A DNA stretch of 64,000 bases from Podarcis liolepis (taxonomy: Eukaryota). The notes beneath the pieces are model-generated. The model saw nothing but the letters and a program-made list of their open reading frames with translations, was not told the origin of the DNA and made no database searches. The DNA is taken from assembly GCA_965112155.1 (NCBI GenBank), contig OZ218103.1; one strand, given 5' to 3'. Of this stretch, positions 59,578 to 64,000 are shown piece by piece. The position numbers and the translations under genes were made by a program. Within the stretch, counting starts at the first letter, position 1, and every line of letters begins with the position of its first letter.

Positions 59578-61611
59578 CTAGTTAAGATAAGATGGGGAGA
59601 GTTATGTTTGCATTGGGCCATGCTTGCATATTGCAAAAAAGCATAAGCAAAAATGAAAAAAGAAATGCTAATTTCTGAAAGTATTTAAAATGTTAAGACA
59701 CCTGCAGTATTAAATCATGAATTAGACTAACACCCCAGCTGCTGAATATACATACAAAAATATACATACTGAAAAACACTCCAGCCCCAACTAATCCACT
59801 CAGTGAACTAAACTGCCATGGGTTAAAATGGCAGATTGGGTTAAAATGGCTGCAAACTATTTACAAATACTCTGTTAAAGCCTCAGAAAAATCAAAAGAA
59901 AAGTTCAGAATAATGTGAGTTACAAGGAGATTTGGGTAACTTTAGTTTTAGGCCCTATTTAGATGTTATTACACCCTTCAGACTGTTACCTGGGAGTGGG
60001 CCTTGGACTCATCTGCTTCCTCCCCCTGCTCCTCTCATCATGGAGACAAGTGAATGGCCAAACAACTTTCTGGGTTCATTCGCTTCTCCCATGGTAAGAT
60101 GGACAGGGGAGGGAGTGTACAATCCTGACTCTTGCTCCCAATACTTCCCTTAGTAAAATCTGGGAAGAGAACAAGACCTCAGAGAGTGTAACTATGGTAG
60201 GCTCTGGTGAAGATGATATTTGAAACAAAAAAAGATAGGTATTAGCTTTTAGACGAATACTTTATCCTTTTCACAAAGTTAGTAAATGGCACTTAGGCAT
60301 TCCAAAAGGTCAAAACTGGTGCTGGTAATTGAAACAAATTTTAGCAGTTATAAGAATCTACCTAAGAACCAGCTTAAAACCAAACTCTTGGGGCACACTT
60401 TACCAACTCTGTCAAAACTTTCCCACTTAGCCAAATTATGTAGATCAAAAACAAATTTTAAGTCAGACAAGTGAAGCGGGTTCAGGTTCAGATTTAACCT
60501 TTTAACAAATTTTACCGTAAGCAAATTTCTTCAGCTGGTAGGGAACAGTGTTTTGCAGCACGTTACAGACTAAAAAAAGTATTATGGCACAAGCTTTTGT
60601 GGACTAGAGAAGTGAACGGTAATCCACAAAAGTTTATGACATAATACATTAGTTAGTCTGCATTGTTTTTGCTGCAGCAAGCCAACATGGCTAACCTCTG
60701 AAAATTCTAGTCATAAGCTATTGAAAAGCCAGTGATCTGGCTGCCTCTGACAAAGACTGCTTCCAGGTGACTGGGCAGATTTTTTTTTAAAAAGTTCTCT
60801 GTCTTTAAATCACAAATAACTTACCTAGGTAAGTGTGGGCAAGATATGCTAGTAAACAACCGAAAGACTAGGCTTCAGATAGGACTATCTTCAAGGAAAA
60901 CTTATCAAGGTTATTCACAAGCTTTCCGGAATTTACTGTCATTAAAATTATGTAATTCCTTGTAGGAATATGATACATATATTTGTATTAATCCAGGATA
61001 ACTATTATTTCTGTAGCTGTCTTCATATAATTGCCACACATTTTAATGGGAGTTCATACTTCCCAGCTTGTGACAGCTGAATATTCTGAGCCAGCTTCAT
61101 TGAGACTTTTTCTTACACTGACTGATATTATCTCTATACATAGGGAGTGTGAAGTGGCATGAAAAAAGACCATATCAATTTATGTACATCTTTTAAAATG
61201 TAAAATAACTACGATTTGAATATGGACCACTGGGTGGTCAAAGAGAATATAACGGAACCTGCTTCAGCTAGGTTGTCCCCTCCCGTGATCATCTACCACC
61301 AGCTGCCCTCTGGGAAGGAACTATGAGAGAGGCAGACAAAGATAACACCAGATGCCTATTTCTGCTCCAGTTGGACTATCCTGTGGGAAGGATCCTGAAG
61401 AGTTGTGCCTTTGTGATTTTATTATTGTATTTTTATTTTAATTATTACTGTTAACAGCAGGATATAAAATATTGTAAATCCAATGTTTCCCCATAAATAT
61501 TTACAAGTTGCACTAGATTGTGGTGTTGAAGCACCACATTTCAGCTATCATTTTAATTCACAGTTTATAGTTAAAATTGGTTTTAATTGTCAAAAGAAAT
61601 TTGTCAATCAC

Positions 61612-61796
61612 ATAATAATAATAATAATAATAATAATAATTATTATTATTATTATTATTTATACCCTGCCCATCTGGCTGCTTCCTCTGGGCGGCTTCCA
61701 GCAAAATATTAAAATACAATAATTCATCAATATTAAATTCAATATTAATTCAATATTAAAATCTTCCCTAAACAGGGCTGCCTTCAGATGCCTTCT
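61612..61796 (-). mobile_element. L2 3' end with mixed (AAT)n/(TAT)n tail
   Basis: TTTATACCCTGCCCATCTGGCTG...CTTCCCTAAACAGGGCTGCCTTCAGATG, the same family as the 22.6 kb copy. Confidence 0.8.
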
Positions 61797-62178
61797 GATA
61801 ATATGCAATCCGGATGAAAACACATCTTAAGGACAGAACTGGTAGAGTTCTATAATCAAACTTCTATTGACAAAATTAGGAAAAACACTGCTGAAGATGG
61901 AATAGAAATGAGAAATCCAACAAAATCGTAATGAGTTACAAAACAGTAACTAGGTCAATGTCAGAAGCTGACTACTGATCTCCCCTACTTCACATATGAA
62001 AATCATTGCTGGCTAATAAGTTTCTGAGGGGTAGTGTTAAGATATTTGCATTAGTATCATACCTACTGAGAGAAAGAGTACAATATTAACGGCATTATGA
62101 GACACCCTTCTTCTGAAGAAGCTATATGTGTCTGTGGTCAGGAAAGGTAATCGTCACATGTGTTCCAACCCTCTATAG

Positions 62179-62314
62179 TAAGCATAGGCAAACTCGGCCC
62201 TCCAGATGTTTTGGGACTATAACTCCCATCATCCCTTACCACTGGTCCTGTTAGCTAGGGATGATGGGAGTTGTAGTCCCAAAACATCTGAAAGGCCAAG
62301 TTTGCCTATGCCTG
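62179..62314. mobile_element. Palindromic hAT MITE with perfect 8-bp TSD
   Basis: CTCTATAG|TAAGCATAGGCAAACTCGGCC...GGCCAAGTTTGCCTATGCCTG|CTCTATAG. Confidence 0.9.
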
Positions 62315-64000
62315 CTCTATAGCTACCAGAGGAATAAATTTTAAGGTCAAAGCTCAGGTGGTTTAGAGAAACGGTGACTATATGGTGACCAAACTAATTT
62401 TATAATTTGTACAAAAAGAACCTTCTCTTCACTCAGTTTGTATCATATCCCTGATCTTATCTATATGCAAGGATTTTAAACTCTACTGAAATTCATTGCA
62501 TATATGCTTGTGATGCATCTTGTCTTTTCTAATGTTTTAGTATGAAATTTAAAAACAGAGGCAGGCAGCCAACCAGCCATATAATTGCATCTGTTCGTAC
62601 AAGCTGTTTTAAAGCAACAATAATAAACAAAGATACAATAAAATACAAAATACACCTCTTGCTAAATTGAAATAAGTGTTTTCAAACATCTTACTTTATT
62701 ATTACATAAGTTTTCACTGGCTAAAGTCCTCTTTGTCAGATGCTGAATTGCAATGTCTAGGAACTAGAAGTGACGCACCAGAGCCTATAATAGTTTAGCT
62801 TTAGGTTCAGTTCTGTAACGCTATTACAGTGAGGGCAACATTTATTTCCTATTCCTGATGAGCTTTAGCTAGAGTGTGTTAAGACTTCTCAGCTGTTATG
62901 GTCGGGTGGTCCAATAAGATACCTAAAGAGTCCCAGCAGGCATCTAGTAGTTTAATGAGAAGTTAAGGGTCCCGGTGAAGCCAATGTTAGGATCCTTCAT
63001 CCTGTTTTTAACATACTGAAGCCTGGAAAATCTGCCTCCTTTTGGACCATCCATATCTCCTCCACTACCAGGGCCAGCTTCTGCCCATAAGTCAGCTTTC
63101 TTTCCTATGTCATATACTTTCTTGTCATAACTTCCTAATCACCTATACATTAGGGATGATAGTGAATCTGCAATGGGTTACTAAAAATCCACATCTAGCT
63201 TCTTCTTACTTTTCAAAGGCCTGAAGCAACTTGGCATTTTTCACACTAGACATTGGACATTTCAATAAATGATGGGCAAAATAGCTACTTTGAAAACAAA
63301 TACAAACAGCATTAAATAATGCTGCTGGTTGCTCAAAGCCGCTGTCTGCTGTAACAAGATGGCTGGAGAAGTTACTCAAGAAAGTTCTCCTGGCTGCAGT
63401 GTGGTCTTGGATTTCTCTGCAACACCATCTCCTCTGAATATTTTAGTACTTGTTCTAAGTTACTTTTTTCTTGTCAGTGCTAGTATTTTATTTCATTGTC
63501 TCTTCAATGATTTGTTGCTTCATTGTGTGAGCTCCTGCTATTTAGTTCCCTCTTCTTCCCTTTGCTTTCTTGGGCTGATTGGCAACTGCAGCCTACTTCC
63601 CCACTCACATCTTTGTTTGCTTACCTACATCTTCCACGGATCACACAATTAAACTCCTGAACTGAAAAATGTGTATGCAGTTATTGATTCAGATAAAATG
63701 GCTGTCATCTGGGTGCTTCTGGTGTTTCTCATTTGGGGACAGGGGGTCTTAGGTCCTTTAAAATTTGTTTCAGTTAAATGGGGTATCTGGTGGTAAAAGC
63801 AGTGCCCTAATTTATAAAACAGGAGCTTTTGCTCAAGTGTACATGGTCAGTAAGTGACTCTGGAACTTAATCACCTATTCTGAGAAACTACTTTACCTCT
63901 GTATTTATTGGGAGAGAAAAGCACTCTGTTAATGTTTAGAGCTACTATTTTCTACTGCACCTCCTTTTAGGACTGAGCTTGACAATTCTTGACAATTCTC

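Noticed and set aside
63625-63661. Minus-strand mini-exon candidate (ttttcag ... GTAG|GTAAGC) as the next upstream MAGI3 exon
   Set aside because: It has an in-frame TGA in the required phase and no similarity to the expected MAGI3 sequence. The true upstream exon is probably beyond position 64000.

Overview
This is vertebrate genomic DNA from a squamate, probably a lacertid lizard, judged from Sauria SINE copies plus CR1/L2 LINE fragments and hAT/Tc1 MITEs. It holds two convergent spliced genes. (1) A complete PHTF1 on the + strand: CpG-island promoter and non-coding exon 1 near 5.1-5.5 kb, then 18 coding exons from ATG 6336 to TGA 28550. All introns are GT-AG, and the summed CDS is 2268 nt (755 aa plus stop). 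(2) The 3' half of MAGI3 on the - strand: exons for the last three PDZ domains, a stop-containing cassette exon giving the short ...VKPEQH* isoform, and a long terminal exon ending at 34457 with about 4 kb of 3' UTR. The first 3.7 kb looks like the 3' UTR of an upstream + strand gene, probably RSBN1 by synteny. Most ORFs in the supplied track are spurious or are read-throughs of exons and repeats. I found no evidence of a wholly new multi-gene system. The best leads are regulatory or splicing-related: an RFX X-box that also supplies a uORF stop, a uORF start and the exon-1 donor of PHTF1; a second X-box in a MAGI3 intron; several candidate unannotated MAGI3 exons; possibly overlapping 3' ends; and some informative transposon structures. 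Gene and repeat-family names come from recognition of sequences I remember, not from database searches.
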